A stretch of 64,000 nt of DNA, taken from positions 200,570 through 264,569 of the forward strand of contig CAVSWH010000001.1 of the NCBI GenBank assembly GCA_963731625.1, in the 5' to 3' direction. Made by a program: the position numbers and the translations under genes. Position 1 is the stretch's first letter, and each line of letters begins with the position of its first letter. This DNA comes from an uncultured Actinomycetes bacterium (GTDB lineage: Bacteria > Actinomycetota > Acidimicrobiia > IMCC26256 > PALSA-555). This document shows, piece after piece, positions 27,139-37,217 of this stretch. Below the pieces are notes generated by a model. The model was not told the origin of the DNA and did not search any database. It saw nothing but the letters and a program-made list of their open reading frames with translations.

Positions 27139-28419
27139 CTAGCCGACGGCGGTGAACTCGAGATGCAGGCGATCCAGACCGCGCATCAGGTAGATCGGGG
27201 TGTACTCGTAGCGGCGGGCACCGGCTGGGCCGTGCGCCACCTCGGAGATCCTGATGTCGGACATGCGCTCGAAGAGGCGTTCGGTGCTGACGTAGGCCTC
27301 GGCCCGGGCGAGCGGCGCCCCGGCGCACAGGTGGAGGCCGAACCCAAACCCGAGGTGCTGGCGCCCGTTCGGTCGATCGAGGCGGAGCTCGTCGGGGGAC
27401 TCGAACTGGCGCGGATCACGGTTGGCCGCACCCGGCATCACGAACACGCTGTCACCCGGGACGATGTCGACGCCGCCAAGCGTCGAGGCGACGCGTGCCA
27501 GTCGGAACTGTCCCTGGAGCGGGCTCTCGAGCCGCAGGCACTCCTCGACGAACGGCGGGATGAGCGCCCGGTCGTCCCGCAGCCGCTGCTGGAGCTCGGG
27601 GCGCTCGCCGATCAGCCGCAGCATCGTGCCCAAGAGGCGCGCCGTCGTCTCTTGGCCCGCCGCGAACAGGTTCGAGGCGATCAACATGACGTCGTTGACC
27701 TCGGGCAACGAACCGTCAGGGAACGGCGCGGTGGCGAGCTTCGTCATGACGTCGTCGCGCGGCTCACGCCGACGGTCCTCGATGTACACCGTGAACCGGT
27801 CATAGAGGAACCCAAGTGGCTTGTGGACCAACGGGCCGCTCGTCGGTCGGCTGTCGCCTTGCAGCTCCTCGCGGAACGCCGGTTGGTCGGCTTCCGGCAC
27901 GCCGAGCAGATCGGCGATCACAAGCAGCGTGAAGGCGCTGGCGTAGTCGTGCACGAACTCGCACTCACCGCGGTCGGCGAACTCGTCGATCTGGCGATCG
28001 GCGAGCTGCCACATGAACTCCTCATTCTCCTTGAGGCGCTTCGGGGTGATTAGCCGCATCAACAGCGCTCGGTGCGCGGTGTGCTTCGGCGGATCGAAAC
28101 TCGGAAGCTGGTCACTGAACGGCAGTACGTCGCGGTGCTGCTCGATGATCTCGCTGATGTCGTCGCCCTCGAACGGGACCGGCCACTCGGTGAAGGGCCC
28201 AGCCACCGTGTTGCAGTTCGAGAACCGCTCGGTGTCGTGGTACACCGCCATCGCTTCCTCGTAGCCGGTGACCATGACCGCGCCGTGATGCGGCTCGCGC
28301 CACACAGGCCCATGCGAGCGGAGCCACTCGTAGTACGGGTACGGGTCCTGGTACAGGGCCCTGGCGCGGAACCAGTCGATCTCGTCGAAGTCTGTCGTGT
28401 TGAAGTCGGTCGTGGTCAC
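27139..28419 (-). CDS. Cytochrome P450
   Basis: The heme loop is FGFGLHLCAGAPLAR, the I-helix is AGQETTA and ExxR is ECLRLESP. Confidence 0.92.
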   Translation of the reverse strand: MTTTDFNTTDFDEIDWFRARALYQDPYPYYEWLRSHGPVWREPHHGAVMVTGYEEAMAVYHDTERFSNCNTVAGPFTEWPVPFEGDDISEIIEQHRDVLPFSDQLPSFDPPKHTAHRALLMRLITPKRLKENEEFMWQLADRQIDEFADRGECEFVHDYASAFTLLVIADLLGVPEADQPAFREELQGDSRPTSGPLVHKPLGFLYDRFTVYIEDRRREPRDDVMTKLATAPFPDGSLPEVNDVMLIASNLFAAGQETTARLLGTMLRLIGERPELQQRLRDDRALIPPFVEECLRLESPLQGQFRLARVASTLGGVDIVPGDSVFVMPGAANRDPRQFESPDELRLDRPNGRQHLGFGFGLHLCAGAPLARAEAYVSTERLFERMSDIRISEVAHGPAGARRYEYTPIYLMRGLDRLHLEFTAVG

Positions 28420-28439
28420 AGATCCTCCAATCGGAAGCG

Positions 28440-29732
28440 TCAGCGGCCCAGGAGTCCTCGCTCGATGATCGCGGCAGCCGCCTCGATCGAGGTCGCCGGT
28501 CGGGGGCGCGCCCCGAAGACCCCGAGGAGCGCGACGAGCACCACAGCCTCCATGTCGCTGTCGCCGAAGCCCCGACGTTCCAGGTACCGAGACATCCGCC
28601 GCCGGCCCCAGTCCAGCGGCGGCGCGGACGCCTCGCGGAGCGCTGGGTCTTGGAGGGCAGCGTCGACCCAGACCTGCAGCATCGCGGCCTCGTTAGCGTG
28701 GGCTGCGTTGTATCGGCGCAACCACCGGCGGAGATCCGCCCGGCCCGTCGAATCCCCGAGCGTCGTAACATCGGGGATCTCACCGACGACGCGCCCGACG
28801 GTCTGCATCGCCGTCGCGTCGAGGATGCGCGCCAACTCGCCCTTGTTCTTGAAGTACCGATAGAACGCGCCATGGGACACGCCCGCGCCTGCGACCAAAT
28901 CGTCGACCCGGGTGTTGTGGTAGCCACGGCTGACAAAGACGTCCCGCGCTGACGCCAGCAGCGCGGCGTAGGCGTGGTTGGTGCCGGTCGGCGGTGCACC
29001 GGAACGCTGGAACGTCTCGAGCATGGCGAGGTCGAACTCGAGGGCCGGTGCCGACGGGCCGTCGCTGGAGTGCACGTTGATGTCGGCCCGCAGGCCAAAG
29101 AGCGTTCGGTGCATGACATCGGTGAGCGCACGCTCGACGCGGTCGACCGAGTACGCGTTGGGCGTCGCCGATCGAAGCGTGCCCGCGACATCGAGCGTGT
29201 GGTTCGTGCACTCGAGGAGCAAGCGGATCACTGGGTCGAGCTGGCGCGGGGGAAGCGTGGTCGTGACGACGCGCGCCCGGATGCGCGCGACGACGTCCTC
29301 GCCGGTGATCGCGGCAACGGACGCGAGCACCTCGTCGGCCTCGTAGGCGTGGTAGATCGATTCGTAGCGAGCGTGGATCTCCGCGTAGCGGCCGACCCAG
29401 GCCCGCATCGCCGCCCAGCCGGTCGCGTCGGGGCTGAGCGGGTCCATGGTCTCGACGGACGCGGTCACCTGCCGGGCGAGCTGCCCGGCCAGGTGTCGGT
29501 AGACGTCCTCTTTGCTGGCGAAGTACTGGTAGAACGAGACCCTCGAGCAGCCGCCGAGCTTGGCGATCCGGTCGACGCTCGCACGGTGGTACCCGACGTC
29601 GGCGAAGACCCGCAGCGCCGCGTCGAGGATGCGCTGCTGCGTCTGCTGGCCCCGCGCGCCGACCCGGGGGTTGTCCGAGAACGGCGCGCGGCGTTGGACG
29701 GTCGCGCCGCTGTGGACGCCCTGCGGAGCCAT
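28440..29732 (-). CDS. TetR-family regulator made of two complete tandem TetR units (430 aa)
   Basis: Two separate HTH regions are present: ILDAALRVFADVGYHRASVDRIAKLGGCSRVSFYQYFASKEDVY and LLASARDVFVSRGYHNTRVDDLVAGAGVSHGAFYRYFKNKGEL. Each is followed by about 150 aa. It is the first gene of the P450-ACAD-P450-ALDH string. Confidence 0.88.
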   Translation of the reverse strand: MAPQGVHSGATVQRRAPFSDNPRVGARGQQTQQRILDAALRVFADVGYHRASVDRIAKLGGCSRVSFYQYFASKEDVYRHLAGQLARQVTASVETMDPLSPDATGWAAMRAWVGRYAEIHARYESIYHAYEADEVLASVAAITGEDVVARIRARVVTTTLPPRQLDPVIRLLLECTNHTLDVAGTLRSATPNAYSVDRVERALTDVMHRTLFGLRADINVHSSDGPSAPALEFDLAMLETFQRSGAPPTGTNHAYAALLASARDVFVSRGYHNTRVDDLVAGAGVSHGAFYRYFKNKGELARILDATAMQTVGRVVGEIPDVTTLGDSTGRADLRRWLRRYNAAHANEAAMLQVWVDAALQDPALREASAPPLDWGRRRMSRYLERRGFGDSDMEAVVLVALLGVFGARPRPATSIEAAAAIIERGLLGR

Positions 29733-29739
29733 CGACCTG

Positions 29740-29754
29740 TGACACTACCGTTAG
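29740..29754 (+). promoter_or_regulatory. Copy 2 of the shared motif, a candidate operator
   Basis: TGACACTACCGTTAG lies 8 nt upstream of the TetR start codon (29732, minus strand). Confidence 0.4.
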
Positions 29755-29814
29755 CAGCCTCGCTGATGGGCACCCGCTCCGAGCGACAGGACCGAGCCGG
29801 GTGCTACGGTCCGA

Positions 29815-29829
29815 TGACATCACCGTTAG
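29815..29829 (+). promoter_or_regulatory. Copy 3 of the shared motif, a candidate operator
   Basis: TGACATCACCGTTAG lies 35 nt upstream of the AKR ATG (29864). Confidence 0.4.
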
Positions 29830-29863
29830 TTGCGCGGCGCGACGCGCGAGGGAAGGGCAATCG

Positions 29864-30862
29864 ATGGACCGTCGACCGTTCGGACGGACGGGGCTCGAGG
29901 TGTCGTCGGTGGGCTTTGGCTGCTGGGAAGTCGGCGGCGGCTACGGCGACGTCGAAGAGGCACAGTTCGCTCGCGCCGTCGGCCGCGCCCTCGACCTGGG
30001 GATCAACTGCTTCGACACGGCGGAGGGGTACGGGATGGGGGCGTCCGAGCAGGCCCTCGGCCGGGCGCTCGGCCGGCGCCGCGACGAGGCAGTGGTCGTC
30101 ACCAAGTTCGGTATGAACTACCGCGACAAGCCGAACCTCCGAGACAGCAGCCGCGCGCGCGTCCTCGCGTCGATCGACAAGAGTCTCAAGAACCTCGGCA
30201 CCGACTGGGTCGACGTGTACATGATCCACTGGCCCGACCGGGTGACGCCGTTCGCCGAGACGATGGAGGCGCTCGAAGAGGTCGTGCGCGACGGCAAGGC
30301 GCGCTTCGTCGGCGTGTCCAACTTCAAGCTGGACGAGATCGAGGCCTGCATGCGCACGCGGCGCGTCGACGTCGTGCAATACGGCTGGAACATGTTCGAC
30401 CGGCGGATGCAACGCGAGATCCTCCCGTACTGCGAGCAGCATGGCATCGGGTTCATGGCCTATGGCTCGCTCGCGTTCGGCTTACTCACCGGGACCTTCA
30501 CCGAAGACATGGACTTCGGCGGCCAGGACTGGCGGGCGCGCCGGGGCAAGATGGGCTCGATCAAGATGTTCCAGGCGATCTTCGGACCTGACTCGTTTCC
30601 CCAGAACCTGCGCGTCGTCGAGGAGCTGAAGGGCATCGCGGCGAAGTACGACAAGAGCCTCCCGCAGCTCGCGCTCCGGTGGGCGACGTCGAACCCCGTC
30701 ATCAGTACCGCCCTTGCGGGGTGCCGCAACGTCGCTGAGCTCGAGGACAACGCCGGCGCGGTCGGCTGGTCGATCGACGACGCCGATCTTCGCGACATCG
30801 ACGCGGTCTTCGAGCACCACGGCGTGGACCCCGTGCCCGAGTTCTGGATCGAGGAAGACTGA
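29864..30862 (+). CDS. Aldo/keto reductase
   Basis: The N-terminus MDRRPFGRTGLEVSSVGFGCWEVGG is typical of AKRs. GAGGGAAGGG lies upstream of ATG 29864. Confidence 0.9.
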   Translation: MDRRPFGRTGLEVSSVGFGCWEVGGGYGDVEEAQFARAVGRALDLGINCFDTAEGYGMGASEQALGRALGRRRDEAVVVTKFGMNYRDKPNLRDSSRARVLASIDKSLKNLGTDWVDVYMIHWPDRVTPFAETMEALEEVVRDGKARFVGVSNFKLDEIEACMRTRRVDVVQYGWNMFDRRMQREILPYCEQHGIGFMAYGSLAFGLLTGTFTEDMDFGGQDWRARRGKMGSIKMFQAIFGPDSFPQNLRVVEELKGIAAKYDKSLPQLALRWATSNPVISTALAGCRNVAELEDNAGAVGWSIDDADLRDIDAVFEHHGVDPVPEFWIEED

Positions 30863-30885
30863 CTCCAAGCCACGAGGGAACGACG

Positions 30886-31680
30886 ATGGGTCACGAGCTC
30901 GAGGGCAGGGTCGCAATCGTCACTGGCGGCGCCAGCGGCATCGGTCGCGGGACCGTCGACGTCTTCGTTGGCGAGGGCGCGCAGGTCGTGGTGGCGGATA
31001 TCGACGCGGACCGCGGCGCGGCGGTCGCGGACGAGCTCGGCCCCGCCGTGGCGTTCAAGCGCACCGACGTCAGCGAGCCGGATGAGGTGCAGGCGCTGGT
31101 GGACTTTACGGTCGAGCGCTTCGGCGGCCTCCACGTGGTCTTCAACAACGCCGGGATCTCGGTACCGCGCCGCGGCTTCCTCGACGACGACTTCGACGAG
31201 TTCGATCTCGCGATGCGCGTGAACCTCCTCGGCATCATGCTCGGGACCCAGCGCGCCGCCCGGGTCATGGCGACCCAGGGCGGTGGGTCCATCGTCAACA
31301 CCACCTCCATCGGTGGGATCAACGCCGGCGGGGGGCTCATGACCTACCGGGCCGCGAAAGCCGCCGTCATCCACGTCACCCGATGCACGGCGGTTGAGCT
31401 GGCGAGACACGGCATTCGTGTCAACTGCGTCGCGCCGGCCCACATCCCGACGCCCATCAACACGGACTACGACGTCACCCAAATCATCGAGCTCATGCAG
31501 CCGCTGCAGCGGGTGGGATCGCCACGCGACGTTGCGAACGCCGTCGTCTTCCTCGCGAGCGATCGATCGGCCCAGATCACGGGCGTCGTCCTCCCGGTGG
31601 ACGGCGGGACCACGGCCGGCCACCGTCCCCCGAATCTGAAGGACGTGCTGGCGCCCCGACCCGGCACGGGATCGTCGTGA
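30886..31680 (+). CDS. Short-chain dehydrogenase/reductase
   Basis: It has AIVTGGASGIGRG, NNAG and YRAAKAAV. Confidence 0.9.
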   Translation: MGHELEGRVAIVTGGASGIGRGTVDVFVGEGAQVVVADIDADRGAAVADELGPAVAFKRTDVSEPDEVQALVDFTVERFGGLHVVFNNAGISVPRRGFLDDDFDEFDLAMRVNLLGIMLGTQRAARVMATQGGGSIVNTTSIGGINAGGGLMTYRAAKAAVIHVTRCTAVELARHGIRVNCVAPAHIPTPINTDYDVTQIIELMQPLQRVGSPRDVANAVVFLASDRSAQITGVVLPVDGGTTAGHRPPNLKDVLAPRPGTGSS

Positions 31681-32792
31681 CCGTGCCGGCGGACCCGAGC
31701 GTCTACTCCTGCGACGACCACCTCGACCTCTTCGCGGTCCCGCGCGACGTCTGGACATCGCGTCTGCCGCGGGCGCAGACCGATCACGGGCCACACGTCG
31801 AGATGCGCGACGGCACCCCGTTCTGGATCTGCGAGGACCGCGTGCTGGGGCGCAGCGGCATGGGCACGAGTGCCGTCGCCCGGAGCCTCGAGCGCGATCG
31901 GCCGGGCCGGGATCGAGGACGACGGCTTTCGCGCCGGGACACCTGCGCTGCGACTCCAGGACATGGATCGCGACGGGCTGGCCGCATCGGTCATCTACGG
32001 CCCGCTGTCCCTGGGCTTTCCCATTGCCGACCCGGATCTTCAGACGGCGTGCTTCGCTGCGTGGAATGACTGGGCCATCGACGAGTTCAACGCCGCGAAC
32101 CCCGATCGGCTGTGCGTCCTGGCGTTCCTCCCGGGCCACTCGCCGGACGCCGCGGCGGCTGAGCTCGAGCGTTGCGCGGCGCGGGGGCATCGCGGTGCCA
32201 TCATCGGTGCCTTCGACGTCGACCTCGGCGACCCCGCCTGGGACCGACTGTGGCGCGCGGCGGAGCACACGACGTTGCCCATCAGCTTCCACATCCGGGG
32301 CGGGACGTCGTCTCAGCTGAGGTACCGGCTCGGGAAGTGGCAGTCCGCGGCGTACACGAGCGTGCTCCCGCTCCAGCTCGACGAGCCCCTAGCCATCGTC
32401 ATGTTCTCGGGGGCGCTGGAGCGCCACCCCGGCTTCAAGCTGGTGCTGGCGGAGTCCGGTGTCGGCTGGCTCCCCTACTTCCTCGCGGCATGGACCTCGA
32501 ATGGGCGGCCATGCGCGACAAGCTCGATTACGCCACCAGCTCACCGCCGAGCGAGCTCTTTCGTCGTCAGGTCACAGCGACCTTCGAAGAGGAGCCCCTG
32601 GCGAGTGAGCTGATCGGGCTGCTCGGCGCCGACTCGTGCATGTGGGCGTCGGACTATCCGCACACCGACAGCACCTTCCCGCACTCCCTGCACACGATCG
32701 AGGAGACGCTCGGGACCCTGGCCGACGCGGATCGCCGCAAGATCACCGCGACCACCTGCGCGCGGCTGTACGGGTTTGGCGATGTCACCTGA
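31677..32792 (+). pseudogene. Amidohydrolase-2 family gene (ACMSD/LigW-like) broken by two single-base indels
   Basis: Family-like translation runs through three track ORFs. The first is 31677.. (SVYSCDDHLDLFAVPRDVW...GRSGMG). The second is 31870.. (DMDRDGLAASVIYGP...FAAWNDWAIDEF...LPISFHI...ESGVGWLPYFL). The third is 32172.. (MDLEWAAMRDKLDY...MWASDYPHTDSTFP). The frame goes 0 to +1 and back to 0. The intact paralogue at 39120..40334 shows the same order of motifs. Confidence 0.75.
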
Positions 32793-33213
32793 CGACGTCG
32801 GAGCTGTGCACGGCTTCGACCACGTCTCGCTCCCGATGCGCGACTCCGACGCCATGGTGGCGTTCTACCGGGCGCTCGGGTTCGATGTCGTCGAGCATCG
32901 ACCCGTCGTGTCCGTGTACGTCGGCGATCAGATGATCAACCTCCACCGCCCCGAGACGTGGCAACGCGAGGACTTCTCGCTGCGCGCGCCCGCGGCGCGG
33001 CCGCCCTGTGGGGACCTGTGCTTCGTCTGGGACGGGTCAGCTGCGTCGCTGCGCCGGCGGCTGGACGCCGTCGGAGCCGAGATCGTCGAGGGCCCGGTGG
33101 AGCGGCCGGGTGCTCGACGCGCCGCGGCGTCGAGCACCTACGTCCGCGACCCGGACGGCAACCTGCTCGAGTTCATGATCTACCCGACGAAGCGGGGCTC
33201 CGATGCCCGCTGA
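32782..33213 (+). CDS. VOC/glyoxalase-bleomycin-resistance family protein
   Basis: It has FDHVSLPMRDSDAMVAFYRALGF and DPDGNLLEF. The start is ATG 32782, with an alternative TTG at 32776. Confidence 0.8.
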   Translation: MSPDDVGAVHGFDHVSLPMRDSDAMVAFYRALGFDVVEHRPVVSVYVGDQMINLHRPETWQREDFSLRAPAARPPCGDLCFVWDGSAASLRRRLDAVGAEIVEGPVERPGARRAAASSTYVRDPDGNLLEFMIYPTKRGSDAR

Positions 33214-34852
33214 CCTCGTCATCCGCGGCGGAACGGTCTTCGACGGCCGCGGGACCCCCGGGCGGGCCGCGGACGTCGCGATCGACGACGGCGTCGTCAG
33301 CGAGATCGGGCCGAGCCTGCACGGCACAACGGAGCTCGACGCGTCCGGGTGCGCGGTCACGCCAGGGTTCATCGACATCCACACGCACTACGACGCGCAG
33401 GTCTTCTGGGATCCCGCGCTGCGGCCATCGTCGTCTCACGGCGTCACGACGGTGGTCGCCGGCAACTGCGGGTTCGCCATCGCGCCGACCCGACCGGAGC
33501 ACCACGACGTGATCGTCGGAACGCTCGAGAACGTCGAGGACATGAACCCGGCGACGCTGGCCGCGGGCATCGCGTGGGACTTCGAGACGTTTCCGGAGTA
33601 CCTGGCGTCGGTCCATCGACGCGGGACCCTGCTGAACTTCACGGCGTATTGCGGGCACTCGGCGCTGCGCCTCTATGTGCTCGGCGACGCCGCCTACGAG
33701 CGAGCCGCCACCGCCGACGAGACCGAGCGGATGTGCACGCTGCTCGACGAGGCGATCGCCGCGGGCGCCGCGGGCTTCTCAACGAGCTTCTCCTTCGCCC
33801 ACCGCGGTGTCGACGGCAAGCCGGTTCCGAGCCGCTTCGCAGACCGCAACGAGGTCGAGGCGCTGTTTCGAGCGATCGGACGAGCCGGCAAGGGGGTCGT
33901 GCTGATCACACCCGGCAAGCAGTGCAGCTACGCCGACGTCTACGAATGGCAGCCACGCGTCGGACGACCGTTCACCTATCCGCTGTTCGCGAGCCCCGGC
34001 GGGCGGCACCTCGAGCCGGTGGCGCTCCACGACGCCGGCCTGGCGCGCGGCGCCGACGTGTGGCCACAGGTCACGCCCCGTCCGCTCACGATGCAGTTCA
34101 CGCTCGCCGACCCGTACAGCCTCAACGTCGGGACGGTGTTCGGCGAGCTGCTGCAGCGCGACCGCGACGCCCGCGTCGCGGCCTACCGGGACCCCGACTG
34201 GCGGGCACGCGCGGCCGCTGACCTGGCCCAGGCGCCGATGCCGCCCCGCTGGGAGACGTTCGAGTTCGCCGAGTCCGCGGGATTTCCCGAGCTCGTGGGT
34301 CGCCGGGTCGTGCAGCTGGCGAGCGAACGCGGGGTGCGCCCGCTGGACGTGATGTGCGAGGTGGCGGTTGCCGAGGACCTCACCACGAGGTTCCGTGCCT
34401 ATATCGCCAACGACGACGTGGATGCCGTCGCGCAGCTGCTCACGTCGGAGCACGTCGTGCTCGGTCTCTCGGACGCCGGCGCGCATGTCGCGCAGCTGTG
34501 CGACGCGCCGCTTCCCACCGATCTCCTCGGCACTTGGGTCCGGGATCGACAGGTCATGCCTCTCGAACGGGCGGTGCGCAAGCTGACCGGCGAGCCCGCG
34601 GACATGTTCGGGCTCGTGCGCCGCGGCTACCTGGGAGCGGGGGATCGGGCCGATGTCTGCGTGTTCGATCCGGCGTCCGTCGGGACGGGCCCGTTGCGAC
34701 GCGTGCACGACTTCCCCGCGGGCGGCGAGCGCCTCACGGCGGAGGAGCCGAGTGGCGTGCGACACGTGCTCGTCAACGGCACGCCGATCCGCCGCGACGA
34801 GGCGCAGGTCTCGCTCGAGCAGCTTCCTGGGATGCAGCCCGAGATCGGGTGA
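33203..34852 (+). CDS. D-aminoacylase / N-acyl-D-amino-acid deacylase-type amidohydrolase
   Basis: It has DLVIRGGTVFDGRG and the metal site TPGFIDIHTHYD. The length is 549 aa. Confidence 0.85.
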   Translation: MPADLVIRGGTVFDGRGTPGRAADVAIDDGVVSEIGPSLHGTTELDASGCAVTPGFIDIHTHYDAQVFWDPALRPSSSHGVTTVVAGNCGFAIAPTRPEHHDVIVGTLENVEDMNPATLAAGIAWDFETFPEYLASVHRRGTLLNFTAYCGHSALRLYVLGDAAYERAATADETERMCTLLDEAIAAGAAGFSTSFSFAHRGVDGKPVPSRFADRNEVEALFRAIGRAGKGVVLITPGKQCSYADVYEWQPRVGRPFTYPLFASPGGRHLEPVALHDAGLARGADVWPQVTPRPLTMQFTLADPYSLNVGTVFGELLQRDRDARVAAYRDPDWRARAAADLAQAPMPPRWETFEFAESAGFPELVGRRVVQLASERGVRPLDVMCEVAVAEDLTTRFRAYIANDDVDAVAQLLTSEHVVLGLSDAGAHVAQLCDAPLPTDLLGTWVRDRQVMPLERAVRKLTGEPADMFGLVRRGYLGAGDRADVCVFDPASVGTGPLRRVHDFPAGGERLTAEEPSGVRHVLVNGTPIRRDEAQVSLEQLPGMQPEIG

Positions 34853-35995
34853 TCAGCGCAGCGGCCGGAAGAACGACCGCACGTCCTCGACGAGGAGCTC
34901 GGGCTGCTCCATCGCCGCGAAATGACCCCCGCGCGGCATGTCCGTCCAGTGCGTCACGTTGTAGCGGCGCTCCACCCACGGCCGCGGGAAGCGGAGCACC
35001 TCCTTGGGGAAGCGGGCCACCCCGGTGGGGACGTTGACGAACGCGGGGTTGCCCCGGCCCGAATCGTGCAGGTGCTCCCAGTAGAGCCGGGCCGAGGACG
35101 TCATCGTCTGCGTGACCCAATACATCATGGCGTTGGTGATCATCTGGTCCCGGGTGAACACCCGCTCCGGATCGCCGTCGCAGTCGCTCCAGCCGCGCAG
35201 CTTCTCGACCGTCCATGCCAGGAGGCCGGCCGGCGAGTCGTTGAGTGAGACACCGACCGTCTGCGGCTTCGTCCCCTGCTCGAGCGCGTAGCCGGATTCC
35301 TCGCGCTGGAAGTGCTGCAGCGCCACGAGGCCCGCGCGGTCGTCGTCACTGAGCACCACGCGCTCGTCAGGCGGGTCCGCGACCGGCATGTTGAGATGGA
35401 TCCCCGCGCACTGCGGGTCATCCAGCACCGCGAGCCGAGTCGCGATCTGCGCGCCCCAGTCGCCGCCCTGCGCGCCATAGCGCGCGTAACCGAGCCGCGC
35501 CATCAGCACGCGGAAGGCCTCGGCGATGCGCCACGCGTTCCAACCCCTTGTCCGGGTGGGCTCCGAGAAGCCATACCCCGGCAACGAGGGCACCACCACG
35601 TGGAAGGCATCGCCGGGGTCGCCGCCGTATGCCTCGGGCGTCGTGAGCCTCGGGATGACGTCGAGGAACTCGACGACGGAGCCGGGCCATCCGTGCAACA
35701 CGAGCAGCGGTAGCGCGTCCTCGTCCGTCGCTCGTGCGTGGATGAAGTGGATCGACTGTCCGTCGAGGTCCGTTCGGGAGTGCGCCAGCTCGTTCAGCCG
35801 CGCCTCCTGGGCCCGCCAGTCGTAGTCGGCGCGCCAGTACTCCACCAGGCGCCGGAGGTAGTCGACCGGGATCCCATACTCCCAGGCGGTCCCGTCGATC
35901 TGGTCGGGGAACCGTGTCTGCGCCAGACGCCGATCCAGGTCGTCGAGGACCGCGTCGTCGACGTGGATCTCGAACGGGTCGACGGTCTCCGTCAC
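34853..35995 (-). CDS. Epoxide hydrolase (alpha/beta fold with N-terminal EHN domain)
   Basis: It has FEIHVDDAVLDDLDRRLAQTRFP, the oxyanion motif HGWPGS and GGDWGA. Confidence 0.88.
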   Translation of the reverse strand: MTETVDPFEIHVDDAVLDDLDRRLAQTRFPDQIDGTAWEYGIPVDYLRRLVEYWRADYDWRAQEARLNELAHSRTDLDGQSIHFIHARATDEDALPLLVLHGWPGSVVEFLDVIPRLTTPEAYGGDPGDAFHVVVPSLPGYGFSEPTRTRGWNAWRIAEAFRVLMARLGYARYGAQGGDWGAQIATRLAVLDDPQCAGIHLNMPVADPPDERVVLSDDDRAGLVALQHFQREESGYALEQGTKPQTVGVSLNDSPAGLLAWTVEKLRGWSDCDGDPERVFTRDQMITNAMMYWVTQTMTSSARLYWEHLHDSGRGNPAFVNVPTGVARFPKEVLRFPRPWVERRYNVTHWTDMPRGGHFAAMEQPELLVEDVRSFFRPLR

Positions 35996-36002
35996 GGGCG
36001 GA

Positions 36003-37204
36003 TCACGGGACGACGACCGGCAGCGTCTCCCATCCCCGGACGGTGGACGTCGGCGAGAGCATCGCGTGGTCCCGGTCGACCACCCAGTTCGGGAATCGGT
36101 CGAGGACCTCGTCGAGCGCGATGCGCCCCTCGAGGCGGGCGAGCGCCGCGCCCAGGCAGAAGTGCGTGCCGTAGCCGAACGTGAGGTGCTGGCCGACCTC
36201 CCGGTGGAGGTCGAAGCGGTCGCCGTCGCGGTACCGGCGATCGTCGCGGTTGGCCGCGGCGACCAGGAACAGCATGACGCTGCCTTCGGGCACCGCCTGG
36301 CCGTAGTGCTCGACGTCTCTCGTCACGAAACGGGCCACGTGGGGCGCCGGCGGCTCATACCGGAGCAGCTCCTCGATCGTGTTCGGGATCAGCGAGCGAT
36401 CGGCGACGACGTCGCGACGCTGGTCCGGGTGATCTCCGAGCACCTTGCCGGCCCATCCGATCAGGCGCGTGGTCGTCTCGTTGCCCGCGCCTGCGATGAC
36501 GTCGATGTACGTGAGCACCTCCTCGCGGGTGAGGCGCCGCGTCGTGCCGGTCTCGTCCTCGAATTCGGCCTGGAGCATCTCCGTCATCAGGTCGTCCGAC
36601 GGGTGCTCTGCCCGCCAGTCGACGTACTCGGCGAAGGCCTCGCCGGTGACGAAGCGGTCGTCGGAGTACTTCATCGGCTCGCCCGGCCGCGTTCGCAGGC
36701 TGGCGTCGGCGTGATCGCGGATCGCCTCCTGGTCCTGGTCCGGGATGCCCAGCAGCATCCCGATGACGCGCATCGGCATCTGCGCGCCGAGGTCGCGCAC
36801 GAAATCGAAGCTCCCGGTCCCGCGCAGCGGATCCAGGCTGCGGGCGCAGAACTCGCGGATCTGGGGCTCGAGCGCGTTCATCTTCTTCGGCGTGAACACC
36901 GCGAGAGGAGGCCGCGGTGGACCGTGTGGATGGGCGGATCCTCGAAGATGATGACGCCCGGAGGCATCGTGATGTCGGCCTTGATCAGCTCGAGGATGGC
37001 GCCACGACCCGAGATGTAGGTCTCCCGGTCGACGAGGCCCTGCTCGACGTCCTCGAAGCGGCTGAGCGCGAAGAAGTCGTACTGGTCGTTGCGGTACAGC
37101 GGCGCCTCGTCCCGCAGCCTCCGGTACACGGGGTACGGGTCGGCATTGATCTCGACGTCGTACGGGTCGTACTTCAGATCCGTCGTGGTCGCGTCCATCA
37201 CCAC
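36003..37204 (-). pseudogene. Cytochrome P450 split by one frameshift
   Basis: The N-terminal ORF 36878..37204 ends ...PPIHTVHRGLLSR followed by out-of-frame residues and a stop. The C-terminal ORF 36003..36899 begins VFTPKKMNALEPQIREF and carries EELLRYEPP and FGYGTHFCLGAALAR. The junction ...tcgcggtgttcacg... (about 36895-36905) reads as one missing base. Confidence 0.75.
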
Positions 37205-37217
37205 ACCTCGCTCTCCG

